Assembly: GCA_024679065.1 (NCBI GenBank)
Contig: JAGIQG010000004.1
Span: 33,232,001 to 33,296,000 of the forward strand
Length of the DNA: 64,000 nucleotides
DNA from: Sphyrna mokarran
Lineage: Eukaryota
Reading direction: 5' to 3'
Shown: positions 10,516-24,979 of the stretch, one piece after another
Position numbering within the stretch: the first letter of the stretch is position 1
Layout of the letters: every line of letters starts with the position of its first letter
Notes under the pieces: model-generated
Told to the model about the DNA's origin: nothing
What the model saw: only the letters and a program-made list of their open reading frames with translations
The model's database searches: none
Program-made: the position numbers and the translations under genes

Positions 10516-13500
10516 CCTGCCGCTGTGAGGCAGCAGTGCTAACCACTGTGCCTCCATGCTGTCCAAAAATGATTCTGTGTGAAGAAGAGTAAAATCTACA
10601 GTTAAATTCATGCTGTACAAAAGTGGTTGTATGTGTGGGGTTTTGTTCAGTTCTTACTGTGCTACTATTATGCTTAGGGTGGGTTGCGGTGTGAACAGTA
10701 AATACAGGCTGGCAGTAGCAGCTGTTGCTTAGCAACTGAGGACTTCTTAATGTAGGAAGGCTTTTTGTTCTTAGTTTAATTGGAAGCCAGGGCAGTTGGA
10801 GATATGACAGTGGAAAGTGAACATCTCTCAACTTTGCCAAGAGAAGCTGAACAGGTCAAGGGAGCTAGAAAGAGGCAGACTTTTCAAAGAATCAGATACA
10901 GGCCAGATAACCAGGGAATTGGGATATAACAAATATCTTAAAAAGGCTGAAAAGAGACCAAGGTATTGTTCAGGAGAATTCAAGGGAAAAGTAAACAAAG
11001 TGTTCTGAGTTAAAGAAAAAGTTGTGCCGAGATTCTCCCAAAACAATCCTAAGTATTGAATTCGCATGAAAACTGGAGTAAATTACACTTTTTTCTCAGG
11101 GGAGTTTCAAAAACAATCTCCCACATTCTGTGCACCGCTGAGTGCTTCAGCATGAATCAGGCTGAAATTCAATGGGTGGGGACTATCCCTTTGGAAGAGG
11201 CTGGCAGCCTAGTGATGAGTGGGTCACTGTGCATGCGTTGATCTAACAGCACCAATATTGGCATGTGCACAATGGCCCTGCACTGCTGCCTCTCAATTTC
11301 TGGCCAGATTGATCATTGGCCACCCCACAATCCTTACAATGCTGCCCTACCAAGCCCCCATGGCCTGATTGCTACCCCCCCATGCATACCTGGGGCCTGC
11401 CTCAATCTGCCCCCCACAGCCCCAATCTCCCGCCGCCCTGACAGTGCAGGATCACACATAGTGCTAGTCCCTCCTGCAGTGCCAGCCACCCTAGCAGGCT
11501 GCCACCCGTCACCACCCCAATGGCCCACCCCGATTGCTGGCTTTCCTTTCATCACCACCAAACCCAACAGCAGAGTGGCACTCAGACCCCCATTCCCACC
11601 GATCGCCCTCAGAGACCACACGTTATTGGGTTATTCCCCCTGTTAGGCCCCACTCCCTTGGTACTGCCCCGTGCCCTGGATGGGCAGTGCCAAGATACCC
11701 CTGGGCATTGGCACTTTGCCTCTTGGGCAGTATGATGGGGCAGAGGCTAGCAATGCCATGGTAACAACGCCCAGGGGACACCCCAGCACCTGGCCCTCTG
11801 GAGAACCAAATGAGCCCCCTTCACTCCAGCAGGGTCAGGCTCCCAGCTTCCTGAAAGGGTGGAGTAACTGTAAACCCCACTGTAGTGAAATTCTCCTGGC
11901 AGGTGGGTGGGGAAGAGGCTAGTAGGCATGGAGACTTCAGTCTTGGGCCTGCTAATTCTATTTAAATTGTATTTAAATGGTAATTTGCATTATTAATACG
12001 GCTCCCCACTGATTTCCAACACAGGTGTGACACTGCTGGATATCCGACGCTGGGAGACGCTATCTAGGCAAAATGCCCAGCATGGATCCTGTGCATCGGG
12101 TGCCACTTGAATCGCTGGCCTCCTGTGCTAAAAAAATTAGCGCAGCAGAACGGGAATACTTGCCTTCCCCGCCCAGTTTTAAAGTGGGAAAGTAGACTTC
12201 AGAGATAAATCAAAAGTTTAATTCCATTTCCATAAAGTCTGGGAATTAAAGCAATTGTGAACAGTTTGTCCAACAGTCAGGAGCAGGAGTTGAGATTGTT
12301 GTTAAAAGTGGAGTGGAAAAGTCATTTGGGAAATTTGGACTGGATTTCTGAAGGGAAATCCTCTGATGGAAAGCATTGTTGTGAAAGAAGATTTTAAAGT
12401 ATATTTTTTGGGAATGAAGTTTAAAAACTTCCCTGTGACTATCATCTGGGAGGATTCTGAAAAGAAATCCACATACATTCATTTGGGATTCAGAGTGGCC
12501 AATATACTTGATCATAGCCATCTTGTGTGTTTAAAGGGATGTTGTGATACTAAGACTGTTGTAGCTTAAGATAATCTTTATAAGTCACATTAATCTCAAA
12601 ATCTGTGTATATTTGTTAAGACAAGGGGGAGCAATGGAGTACTGTATCATCATCCAATTTTTTGTGTTTAATAAATGTTTCCTTTCTTATTAAAACTAAT
12701 TAGCAGTCCCGTGTCTCTGTTCCTCCGCATTTTAAAAAAAAAGTAAAAGTTATGAGGTCAAATTCTCCAATCTCACCAGGAGTTGGGATGCTCCAGCCTT
12801 GCTGCAGTGTATGGAGATTTGGCTGAGCACCATATTTTCCATTCTGGCTGGCAGCAGTGGCAGGACATGAATAGCTGAGAATTCTGGCTATGGTTTCATT
12901 CTGAGATTCATTTATAACTGGGATTGTAACACAAAGAAGAGTCACTTTGGATTCAAAGTTTGCCTCTCTCTTCACAGATGCTATCAGTCCTGGCACTTTG
13001 TAAATCCTCTGTAATGCTAAGTAACAGCATTTCCCCTTGCATCTTCATTCCTTATAAACACACTGCATTCAAAATGGATCAGAAAAGCTTGCAACAAATA
13101 CATGATTGAGTGCTTCAAGTATCATCCACAGTGGGAATCAGAACCAGAGAGGTTGATTATAATCTTAATAACCTCAATAGAAAATCTAGTGGGAGAATAC
13201 ACTCGGGGAATAGACTAGACCTGACTTTGCTTCAGCCTAAATAGCTGGAAGGAAAATGTGTCAAATTCTTTAAAAGGCCTGGCATACATACATCCTGCTT
13301 GATTTTTCCCCTTTACCTTGCCATGGCAATACTTATTACACAAGCTATAAAGATTAAAAATTTATTCCGATGCCTTGGTACTACTGTGTCAGTGACAATT
13401 CTTTGTAAATTTTACTATCAGATGTGACAACTGAAATGTAATGGTGAAATGAAATCGAGGTCACAATATGCAATCAGAATATTTTACATTTTTAGCTTAA

Positions 13501-14414
13501 GGAGTTCATCAATGTACCAAGAAAGAGTGTAATGTTCTTCATAGTTCATCAATAAGTTGAGGAGGAAAATGTATGCAGTTTTAAGTGATCTCCCTGCTTG
13601 TCCTTAATTGTATATGAGGATTCTTAACTGATACAAAATTCAACTCCATTAGTCATTTTAGGTTTTATGAATCAACCATAAAATTATACAAGGAGCAGAA
13701 TGTGTGAAATGATGGAAAATAATTATCACCCTTCGGAAACAAATTGCATCCATTATTGGGAAAACCAAAGAAAGTAATTCATCCTGACACACTTACAGCT
13801 ATACGGCTCCAGTTTTGAAAAAAGTCTTTGAGAAATCAAAGTAATGAAGAATAATGGAGTTTGTATGCTTGGAAATACATTACCTGCACTCTCCCCAAAT
13901 TATCAGATGTTAAATGTTCAGAGAGTTTCTCACAGTGATTTTAACAGGTGGCCAATTCTTTCAGCATAAATCACACAAAGTCTTCCCTCAGTGTATATTT
14001 TTAAAAATTGTTTTGTGGGATGTGAGTATCGCTGGCAAGGCTAGTATTTGTTATCCATCCCAAATTTCCATTGAACTGAATGTCTTGCCACTCTATTTCA
14101 AAAAACCATTCAGAGTCAACGACGTTGCTGTGGGTCTGGAGTTAATGTTGGCTAAACCAGGTAAGGGCAGCAGATTTCATTCCCTAAAGGACATTAGTGA
14201 AGCAGGTGAACTTTTAGAACAATTGACAACGGTCACAGTCACTATTATTGAGATGAGCTTTTGAGTTTCAGATTATTATTTGCATTTAAATTCCACCAGC
14301 TGCCATGGTCACAAAGGCACAATGAACACTCTGTGCACGGTAGTTTAGTATACAGACTGGATATACTTTGACAATACAACTATCTTTAAGACATGATATA
14401 ACATGGAGACAATA

Positions 14415-16330
14415 ATCACGATTCTGCGGGTTCATTAACATTGGTTCAAATCCCATCATGACCACAAAATATCAGAAGAGGCCAAAAATGGGCTTTGTGC
14501 CGGTGAGATTTCCAATCACAATTTTCCTGGGCCCTCCCCAATGTCCCAATCAGGAAAGGCAAAAACTTGATTTGAATGAATTTGAATGTACTTTAATTAG
14601 CGAGTTTAAAGTTGAACCTTCAGTACTCGCTGAGTGCTCCCACCCACCAGTGTGATATCACAAGACTGCAAATTACTGCTGGTTTTTAAAAATGGGCACC
14701 ATGATCCCTGAAAGGGAGAAAGGAGGTGAGCAGCCCTCTCCACTTTGCCCCAGGATGTACAAGGGGACAGTTTCCATAGCCAGCTCCAGAGTGGTTCAAG
14801 GGTGTTAGGGAAGGGGTTTAGGGGTAGGGGGTTTGGGGAGAAGGTTGGAGGTTGGCAGGGGGAGCAGTGCGGTGGATATCAGGGACCATCTCCAGGATGG
14901 CGTCATGGCTGGTGTTTGTTGTCCTGAAAGCTGCAGCCTTCGTACAGTGCATTTTAAAAAGTTTTCAGAGTGCTCTGCCTATCTGCAGGTTGTGTTGTCA
15001 GGAAATCACGATGAGCACCAAATTACTCAGTTGTTACTGTGTCCAGATGGGGTGAAGGCCTATCCAGTGGAAGGATAGAGAATGAGACCTTAGGGTTATG
15101 AACAAGAAGTTTTAATAAGGTGACAAGTGCATTTGTGACATTTCATCATGACTCCTCACTACCAATACCTAACTTCATCTGTGCCTGCTCTGTGACCCTC
15201 CAACTCCTTACCCCTGTGAATCCTCCCACCACATTTTGGTGTACTTCCAGGATGCACAGAAGTGAATGCAACCTTCTACTTTGCACAGTTGTCTGTTGTC
15301 TGAAATGGCCTAATGGGTATTCTCTGGAGGCTTGGCATCTGGAGGGCCTTAGTCTACTTTCAGATGGCACTCATGCTGCAGTGTCACACTGTTCTGATTT
15401 CTGCCCTCTATCTCTGAGAAGCACCTGTATTAGGAAGAGGGATTCAGAAGGGTTAGTACTCCAACAATCTCCTGAGTAAGAAAGGGTGCAGGTAGGAGTG
15501 TTGGGGGAGGAGAGCAACCTTGCTCTGTGCAGGCCCGTTTCTGCTCCTCCCCTGTGAGCTCCATGCTTTCTCCTCAAATGAGTTTGGTCATGCCACCTCT
15601 CTGTAATCGTAGACAACCTTCTACTGCAGGGTCACAAAAGGGGCTAATGTGAGTCGGCGCCTATCAGACCAGAGATCAAGTTCAAATGGCATGTGTGGGC
15701 ATGTGCTTTAGCAGGGATGGGTACTGATGAGGATTGGGTTTGAAGATGAGGCCGAGAGTCAGGTGCTGGAAATCTGCAAGGTGGAACCATGTGGGTTCAA
15801 AGTCAACTTCGGCGGGTTGGCAGAAGGGTGAAGTTCCAAGGGGAGGCAGGGGCACTTACCTTGAAGATTACAGTAAGTCATTCATTTTCTTCGTACATTG
15901 AACCCCTTTCCTCCTGATCAGGCTGCTGACACTGACCGGAGCTGCCATCGTTTCCTAGGCAGGATTGGATTGCTGGAGAGCCTCCTGCTAAACCATGGGT
16001 AATTTGTGGCCCATCTCTCCTGCACAGCAATTGAGTGAGAGCCATGTCTGAGAATCAGGGAGCTAGCCTTCACTGCCATCGTCCTGGTCTGAATCAGATC
16101 AAATGTTGTGGAGCCGTTTAAATGCAGTATCCAATTTCATTGAAGTGCTCAGACGACCCCCGGTATTGATAAATCAGATGCTTTGTGCCTCAGGTGCGGC
16201 ATTTTTCACATGAGGTAAATTCTCTGAGTGGCTAATGATTGCAATCTGAACTGTGTGGGGGGGGGGGGGGGGGGGGGGGGGGTGGTGGGATTCGCACTGA
16301 TTTGGTAAAATCGACAAACTTATAATCCAT
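14415..16330 (-). mobile_element. Degenerate PIF/Harbinger-type element with Myb/SANT-like pseudogene
   Basis: 15860-16079(-) reads AP*FSDMAL...PA*ETMAAPVSVSSLIRRKGVQCTKKMNDLL*, then a GTaag donor; resembles the Myb/SANT DNA-binding protein of Harbinger elements. Boundaries approximate. Confidence 0.55.
16257..16282. repeat. poly-G tract
   Basis: Run of about 26 G. Confidence 0.9.
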
Positions 16331-19300
16331 GTCCTACCAGAACACATGAAAATATTCTGTGCTGGCGTTAGTTATTGAGGTAAAATGCACTCGTTCTAAT
16401 TTCCTTTCATTCATCCACGCAATATGTTAAAAAGCACATTACATTAAAAGCTATCTCTGCTGCATGCTTTGACATTTCCTTCAATGTGCTCCTAGCTAAT
16501 GATTTCTCCTCGCTGCAGCTGAAAGCACTTGACCATGTATTTAGACTGGTCATGGCATAATGGATGACAGATGGCTATTAAATATTGGATGTTCCTTTGT
16601 TGGGTATAAAAGTATTAAAATGTTCTCTAATATACTTTTCTTTGAAACAGAGGTCACTCAGAGTACATAAGACCAGCAGACATTTTATCCACTGAGCTAG
16701 CATATGAAATATTTACTTCACTGATATATCATTAATAAAACAAAGAGAAGGCTCAGATGAATAGATAGAAAAAATACTTGTTACACAGAGTTTACATCAT
16801 CTGATTATGGATCAGAATGATCTGGAAATGGCAACATATGGGACACGTTCTTAGTGCTATTAAAATAAAATTAGAGTACTGATTCTGGTTTTAGGCTCCA
16901 TAATCACAGGCAGTAAGAGGGTACAATTCAGCTTCAATAGGATGCTGTTTGTGTTGAAGAAATATGAACATGAATAAAAACCAGCAAAACCAGGATTATT
17001 TTTGTTAGGACAGAGAACTCAATAGAATTGTCTAAAATTATAAAGGGGCAGGAGTAGGGAGATAGAGATGGACTATTCCAGTGATTGAGTGATATAGAAC
17101 AAGAGAACATAGATACAGATCTGATGAAACAAATGTGATTTAGAATAGGGAATAATCACAAGGACGATACCACAAATGCATGGCACAAATATTAGGAATG
17201 GATGAACAGGCTGGATCTCTTTTCTCTTGAAATAAAAGCCTGAGAGGGTGGTCTCATATAGTACTTTGAATTATGAGAGGAATTGATAAGGTGGATACTG
17301 AGAGAGTGGGGAAGAGCATAATGAGAAGACATCAATATATGATGTTCATCAATAATTTCAGAATAAACTTTTTCTGCACTAAGTGATAATATGGAACTCA
17401 CTTCCCATGGGAGTGGTTGAAGTGAATAGTATAAATGTGTTTAAGGGGAAACTAGGCAAACATGAGGGATAAGAGAACACATGATGTTAGATAATAGGAA
17501 GAGTTTAAGTAAGATGTATTTATATTTTGTGGGCATTAGAAATAATACATGGCTTAAGGTTTGAAATTAAATTTATAGTTTTGCATTTGAGCATTAGAAG
17601 AACATTGGAAGGAGAGGTTAAAACCTTGGAGGTGAATCCTTGCTGAAGATATCTAAGAGAAAACATTTTTTGGGAGAAGATTTCAAAGTGTGTTCTTTGA
17701 AAGCAGAAATGAAAAACTCTTGTGTGAAAGATAGAAGGTAGAATTTTATGAGAGTGATTCTAAGTGTCCAGCTAGCATGAAAATGGGAGTGTTCCTGATC
17801 CTTTTTTTGGGCAACTTTTCATACCCAATCCTATGGACTTAGACATTGAAAATATAAGCTAGACCAATTCCAGCTGCTGCAAGCAGTGGGCTAGGCTCAA
17901 TTTGCCAGCTACACTGCAAAGGGAGCTACTGCGCATGCACAGACCTGTGTCTGCACATGCACAATTACAATTGTAGAGGGAACTGATGCACATGTGCAGA
18001 CCTCTGATTCTGCACATGAACAATTGCAACAGCAGGGATCTGACAGAGAGACAACTGTCAGGCCTTGGATGTTGCAGGCAGCCTGAACACAACCATGCCC
18101 CCACAATCATGGGGCCCATGGCTGACTGTAAGACCCCTCCCCCCACACACAATGCACAGAAATGTAGTCTCCGCCATCCCCCCCACACAGACCAATTGCA
18201 CCCCTCCCCAGTCTGATCTTGGTACAGAGTGGCAGCTGGGACCCTTCCCCCCCAATGCGATTGTGATGCAGAACGACAGTGGGTACTCCTCCGTCTGTAA
18301 TCAGGCTGTCCCTTCAAGCCTCATCCCCTCAGATTCCACCCCTGTAAATTATGCCTCTTCAGATCTTACCCGATAGGCTCCCCATATGCCCTGCCCCCGT
18401 GGACTCCACCGCAATACTGCCTAGTGGGCATTACCAAGATGCCAATCTGGCAGTGCCAAAGTGGCACTGCCCAAGCAGCAACCCCTTTGCCCTCAGCTAC
18501 CCAAAAGACCTTAATGGCCTCCGGTTCTGCCAATGAGGCCAACATGACTGTTCTCTGTTTGGGGGGTGGGGGGGGGGGCAGGTGTTTTCTTGCTGAGAGA
18601 ACCTCTCCTGGCGAGGCCATAAAGGCAAGCAAGCCTGGAAGATAGAGCACCAGTCTCACTAAACACATGCAAATCAACATTATAATGAATTATTATAATT
18701 TATTTAGCCTCTCACCCATTCCGGGCAGGAGGCTACCCTCGCCAGAAATCTGGCTCTCATAAAATCGTGAGGGCCAAGAAAATGGGTGCAATCCTGATTT
18801 CTTGGCTTTCTCTCATTTTTAAAATCCCAGCCAGAGTTCCAGTGAGACCAGTTGTCTCATAGTGTGACATCACCTGAGAGGAATTAATGATAAACCTGTA
18901 GAATTGTTTTCAATGGCACCTATCCCTTAATTTCAGAATATGAAGTGTCTGCACATAGTTGCCTACTGTTTTACATAGACTGTGTACTTACTGTGAACAT
19001 TAAAATATAAGATAGAATTTGTAACTTGTGTTATCCTTTCAAATCTATATATATCTGTAAAGTATAGTGAGATGAAAAAATATTGTATTAAAGTTAATCT
19101 TTTCTTGTTTAATAAATACTTTCATTCTTTTGTTAAAAGTTGATCTGCAATCTTTCTGGCTCTGTTCAGTAGTTGCCCTCCACCTTTTTCAATAAAGAAT
19201 ACATAAGATAAGAGCAGGGGTTGGCCATCTGGCCTCTCAAACCTGCTCCAGCATTCAATATCATGGCTGATCTTTTCATGGACTCAACTCCACTTACCCA

Positions 19301-20019
19301 CCCACCCACCATAACCCTTAATTCCTTTACTGTTCAGAAGTACGTCTATCCTTGCCTTAAAAACATTCAATGAGGAAACCTCAACAGCTTCACTGCAACG
19401 AATTCCATAGATTCACAACCAAATTCCACAGATTCACAGCATATATAAGTTAGGATCTAATGAAGCCAGTGATTTGTCTTATCCAGCAGTATTAGCTGAC
19501 ATTGTAATAAAAGTTACAATGATAGATATAGATAAGGAAAAATGGACAGGGGCATGAGTGGCACATGTTTTGGTGGCATTGACTATCTGATCCAAATAGC
19601 CTGTTTCTGTTTCCTATATCCTATATAATGCCAGCATTAGGGAGGTAATTGAAGGAAAAGGGAACAAATAGATTTGAGAACTGACATGGATGCAACCTCT
19701 TGGGTGGAGAAAGGGGAAGAACTAGAAATTAAGAAAAATGTTATTTATTACTCTTTCTCTCTATTCTCATGTTGCCTTGTTCCTGACAGGCTCATTGATA
19801 CCATTCTGATACCTCACATAAATGGCTCCGAAAGATAGACAAAACTGGGATCTATGATGTCAGGTCTTAGTTCTCTTTATGCTGCCATGGGATTTTTCTC
19901 CCCGTCAAATGGGGTGAAGTGTTTACAGGTGCAAAGAAAGCCATGTGTTAAGATAAGGAAGATAAATAAAGATTTCTTAGTACATGGAAATGAGGTGAAT
20001 TGGGTTACCACAATTTATT

Positions 20020-20480
20020 TTCCTCCAGACTCACTGAAAAACAGAAGAAAGGGGGCTTTAAGATGCAGGAGAAAGGTCAAAACCTAAAGATGCCAAACTC
20101 AACATTGAGTCCTGAGGGCTGCAATGTGCCTGATTGGAAGATGAGATGCTGCTCTTGCAGATTGCACCAGGCTTCACTGGAACATTACAGCAGGCCAAGA
20201 ACAAATGTGGGTCTTTTCTCCTCCTGTTTAATAATGTTCTATACATGTATTGCCTCGATGCGAAACACCTTTCCCTCTTTCACACTGTTTGTTCTTAAAG
20301 TTGCTGCTTTTTATTGCAGTTTTTTTTTGCTCTAATGCATACTCCCTCCTTTCCATTCTAATGAAGGGTTTGTAACTCAAAATGTTAACTCTGTTTCTCA
20401 TCTATTAGATGCTGGCAGACCTGCTGAGTTTTTTTAGTGTCCACTGTTCTGATTCAGATTCCAGCATCTATAGTACTTTG
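20020..20480. mobile_element. Old PLE remnant with inverted parts
   Basis: Minus strand ~20100-20200 translates ...EQHLIFQSGTLQPSGLNVE (GIY-YIG C-terminus), followed by a + strand 3' terminus with decayed hammerhead (ctaatgaagggtttgtaactcaaaatgtt). Confidence 0.6.
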
Positions 20481-21129
20481 ATACTGTTGATGCTGAGCTT
20501 TGCTCCTACCTCCCATATTACACGGGCAGCAAGATCAGGAGGCATAGAAAGATAAGTGAAAACTTTCATTTTAGCTTCCTAGATACTTTCCACCTGGACA
20601 CCTTTTGGCTGCAGTTTTTGGAGAACAGCTTGAAAAGCTGGATATCAATGGCCATTCCTGCTGCTGTAAAACTCTCAGTTTTGCAGAAATGTCTACATTT
20701 TTAGGCCATTTCAAGGTGCAATCTCCTGCTAGGTGGCAGATCTGTAATGGATGCATGATAATGACCTGAACTAGCAAATTCAAAGATGTTCAGGTAATTG
20801 TAAGTGAGCTCACTTTGAAAATACTACATCTTTCTGGTGCTCAGATGAACAGAGGGCAAGAAAATCAGCCCTACCTCATTTATGAAAAGTCCAGCATTCA
20901 AAACAGAAATAAATGCTGTATCTCCAGTATTAGATACAACTGGCAAAATGTTGATATCGCTGAGCAATCTTGTATATAAACAAGACACCTTTATTAGGCT
21001 GAATCATGTCTTTAAAACAAAATAAATTGTTTATTTCAACAATTTGTTTAATCTTTCAATGAAATTAAATGATTGTTCAAAATTTGTATGAGCCAGTAAT
21101 AATTCCATGTGCATGTTTATATAAGGAAA

Positions 21130-21411
21130 TACTGATACAGAAATAATTCTCTACGAACGTTAGTGTGAGGCAGTATTGATATAACAATAATTCTGAATAT
21201 ATGTTTGAGTGAGGCAGCATTAATACAGCTATAATTCTGAACGTATGTCTGAGTGAGACATTATTGATCCAGCAATAGTTCTGAATGTATGTTTGAGTGA
21301 GGCAGCATTGATACAGCAATAATCTGAATATATATTTGAATGAGGCAGTATTGATACAGCAATAATTCTGAATATATATTTGAGTGAGGCAGCATTGATA
21401 CAGCAATAATT
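21130..21411. repeat. 44 bp minisatellite, about 6.4 copies
   Basis: Unit ctgaatatatrtttgagtgaggcagcattgatacagcaataatt starting at 21149, 21193, 21237, 21281, 21324, 21368. Confidence 0.92.
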
Positions 21412-23012
21412 CCTTACATGGAATGAATAAACATGTTTCCTGGGCATTTAGGACAGATCATGCAAAAGGCACCTGACAACATTCAAAAGCATCATCTAGA
21501 CAAACTGATCAGGAGGACAGTCCTGGCAATTTGTAGTGAAAATGATCAAGCACTGGATCCAGTCTTTCACATCAATTTACTTTTCACTGTTGTGCATCTT
21601 AGTGTAAATTAGTTAATTTTAACAGCTTTATTTCAAAGAGATTTCAATCTATTTCCTGTGTATTATAAGCTCTCAACATGAACTGCTAGTACAAAATTAT
21701 CAGGCTCCTTCTTCCTCAAGTGGGCAGTATCGTACTTATCATTAGCTGTGTTAATGAAAAAACAACTGCGATTAGTTGACTCCGGTCAATTTGTGCCTGT
21801 GATAACTGCTGTGATTGGAACTACCTTTCAATATTTAAAAGCTGGATGTATATGTGTTCTAACATTATTGGAAGGATATTGTTTATCTGTTGCTTCAGTG
21901 CTAATAGGGCCATGCTGTTATCTGATTTTTTTATAATCTTGTTAGGCATCAGAATATTGCCAGCCAAAGCACTTTAATCTGCAACTAGGTTGACAATGTA
22001 TCCTTGAAACTGACACACGCAGTCCAGGGTTCCCTAATTATTTCCAGTGATCTCAAATGCAAAAGAATGGAGTTTTTACTAGATGAAGACATGATCAAGA
22101 TCCAGTTTCTCTTTTGATGCACTGCCAAAACCCCACTTTTTCTTCAACTCTGGTCGCTTGAATAAGAACAGAAAATGCTGGAAAAATCCAGCAGGTCTGG
22201 CAGCATATGTAGAGAGTGAAAGAGAGTTAACAGCTGGAACTTTCTCGTATGATCTTCTGATCTGCTGATTGCAACACCCTGCCACAGATTCCCTGAAGGT
22301 TGGGGGTAAAATCAGTGGGAAACTCTCTTAACCATGGAGGGACTGGAAGCCAATGACAGGCCACCTTCGCCACAGTGAACAACATCCATCATTTTGAGGT
22401 CATGTGACCCTTCTTCAGAGCCCTTAGACCTTCTATTTGTCATTCGTAGCTCTGACAAAGAAAGGAACAGTCCCATAGCAGGACAGACTTCCAAGCGTCC
22501 AACTGTTGTGGTTAACCAAAGATGATCGAGTACAGGGGAAAACTGATTATCTTCACTGTTATCCCAGACTTAAAATCAATTTAACTAGCAGTCCCACCAC
22601 TAGCAACCATCATGGGGAGGAGGTGGAATCAAATAGCAAGAAACAAACAACAATGGAATATTATCCAACACATTTGAAACACCAGCCTCAATAAACCAAA
22701 AAATAATATCCATCTTCAATGTAGTGACTTATCTTCATTTCATAACAAGGAACTGGACCTCTCAGATTTTATTAGGGAATGAAATGAGCTGTTTGGTATT
22801 AAATCAGATTTCCATGCACTCGCTGTGGAAATGTCAAAACTAGTTAAGATCTGTTAGTCTCTGTAAACCACAGCTTAATGCGAACTTTGACTGAGATAAA
22901 CGTATTGATTTAACCCATAAATACAGCTGTCGGGGAGAAATGGCCTTTGTCAAGTCCGATGAAGTAAAGGACATTGTTTTCTCACAAATGCTTTTACAGA
23001 TCACACTTTTAC

Positions 23013-23126
23013 CTTTACAATGATTTTCATCCCATGGGTACACACAGTTCTGGACTCCATTACAGACCAAAGAATTGTTGATGCACATGTCGCTGTGACA
23101 AAAGAATGTGTTGTCCTGGCAGGGAG
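23013..23126 (-). CDS. NETO2: NETO2 exon encoding the LDL-receptor class A domain (114 bp)
   Basis: gcAG|CT CCC TGC CAG GAC... gives (P)[37 protein letters not shown]; donor G|GTaaaa; phases 1/1. Confidence 0.95.
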
Positions 23127-24193
23127 CTGCGAGACAAAGGTTAGTGTCACCATAAATTATAGAACATGTATTTCAAAAGCTTTTACAAGATGTGATGTAG
23201 TACTGTGTATGGCCATTCAACCATGAGTAAGAAAACACAGTAAATGGGCACTTTGTAAAGGTCATGTCTTTGTTAGTTCAGATTTGTCAGTTAGATAAAT
23301 TGGTCATAGCTTCATTATTCACAATAAAAGCATCAATTGAATCTCCCACACAAAATTAATGAATTTGCTTAATCTTGTTGGATTTATTGACTGTTAACTG
23401 ACATGAATTTATAGCATGTTAACATGGTTCAATCATTGGCTTTGGAAACTGGATAAGTGTGGACCAGATTGTATGGCTGGTTAATAACATTCTGAAATAA
23501 AGCAATGGACCTGAAAGTAAGAGAAGGAATAAAAGTGACCTATTTCTTTGGATGACATCTAACATTTTGTAAGTTGTGATCCAATTTTTCATAGGGATTC
23601 TTTAGGAATTTTTGTGGATCAACTATATGGATTTGAAACTCTTAAGGGACAAGTCACAGGATGTGTCACACTATCAATATCTGGAGGTGTTGCTTATTCT
23701 GCAAGTGGTGAGTTGAAAGCTAAAAATGTGTATACGAGTGACAAGTGGTATCTTCATCTGAGTGCCATCTGCTATGAATAATTTGTGACTGCAGCTCTCC
23801 AAAGGTCTGTTTTAAAAATACAAACTATGAACATTACTTTAAAGGATTTTTAGACGTGCTCTTCATATTTAATGGGACATGCATTTTTCCTAATTCAGAA
23901 GTGATTCAGATAAGTGAGTTGAAAAAAGGAGGCGTTGTGGGAAATAAATCAATTAATAAGCAGACAAGCGTAACTTGCATCAACATACACAAATTATTAA
24001 GACTGGCAGAATTCTTACTGATACACACTGAATGGATAATTTTATCTTGACTTTAATTACTAGCTGGAGTCCATTTCCCAATGGACTCCAAGTCAATTCA
24101 TAGATACCATCCTGAAATCACTATAAGTTCAGCTATCTTTATTCCAAAAGAAAATCACACCAGAAAATATATACTTGTGTACATATTTTCAAG

Positions 24194-24520
24194 GGGCAGC
24201 ACAATGGCACAGTGGTGAGCACTGCTGCCTCAGAGCACCAGGGACCTGAGTTCAACTCTGGCCTTGAGTGATTGTGCAAACTCTATACAGACATTCTCCC
24301 CATATCTGCATGGGTTTCCTCTAGGTGCTCCAGTTTCTTCCCACAGTCTACATATATGCAGATTGGCCATGGTAAATTGTCCCTTAGTATCCATAGGTTA
24401 GATGGATTAGTCATGGTAAATGTGCAGGGTTGTAACAGTAGGGAAGGAGGAGGAGTGGCCTGGATAAGATGCTCTTTTGGAGAATTGGTGCAGATTGGCC
24501 CCCTTTTCACAGTTCTGTGA
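24194..24520 (+). mobile_element. tRNA-derived shark SINE (HE1-like)
   Basis: Head ggcagcacaatggcacagtggtgagcactgctgcctc...gagttcaactct (A/B boxes); core gggtttcctctaggtgctccagtttcttcccacagtc. Confidence 0.75.
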
Positions 24521-24733
24521 AGTGTTGTGCAGAAGCCATTAAAATGAACTAACTTCTAAAATTTAAAATGAGAGTCCTAGTTGCAACGCATCCATTATCA
24601 CAAACTATCTAAGATTCCTTTCTGCTGCTGTCTAATGGGGATAGGGCCTGGATGGAATTGTGGTTGGTGCAGACTTGATGGGTCGAAAGGCATCCTTCTG
24701 TACTGTAGGGATTCTATGATTCTGCAAAGTATG

Positions 24734-24979
24734 GTAAGAAGTCTCACAACATCAGATTAAAGTCCAACAGATTTATTTGGTAGCAAATGCCACTAGCTTG
24801 CGGAGCACTGCTCCTTCAACAGGTGAGTGGGGGTCAGAACTCCCCACTCACCTGACGAAGGAGCAGCACTCCAAAAGCTGAGGGTGTTTGCTACCAAATA
24901 AACCTGTTGGACTTTAACCTGGTGTTGTGAGACTTCTTACTGTGTTTACCCCAATCCAACCTGGCATCCTCACATCATG
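24734..24979. mobile_element. Miniature PLE-terminus palindrome with decayed hammerheads in both arms
   Basis: About 100 bp arms centred near 24835; ctgacgaaggagcagcactccaaaagct at 24852; tail ...ccaatccaacctggcatcctcacatcatg homologous to 7986-8027. Confidence 0.8.

Noticed and set aside
10620-12930. Possible solo LTRs (also ~17510-19500 and ~29710-30530)
   Set aside because: Similar AATAAA-containing ends suggest LTRs, but boundaries and TSDs could not be fixed by eye.
21130-21411. CRISPR-like array
   Set aside because: Contiguous tandem units with no unique spacers, no cas genes, vertebrate context.
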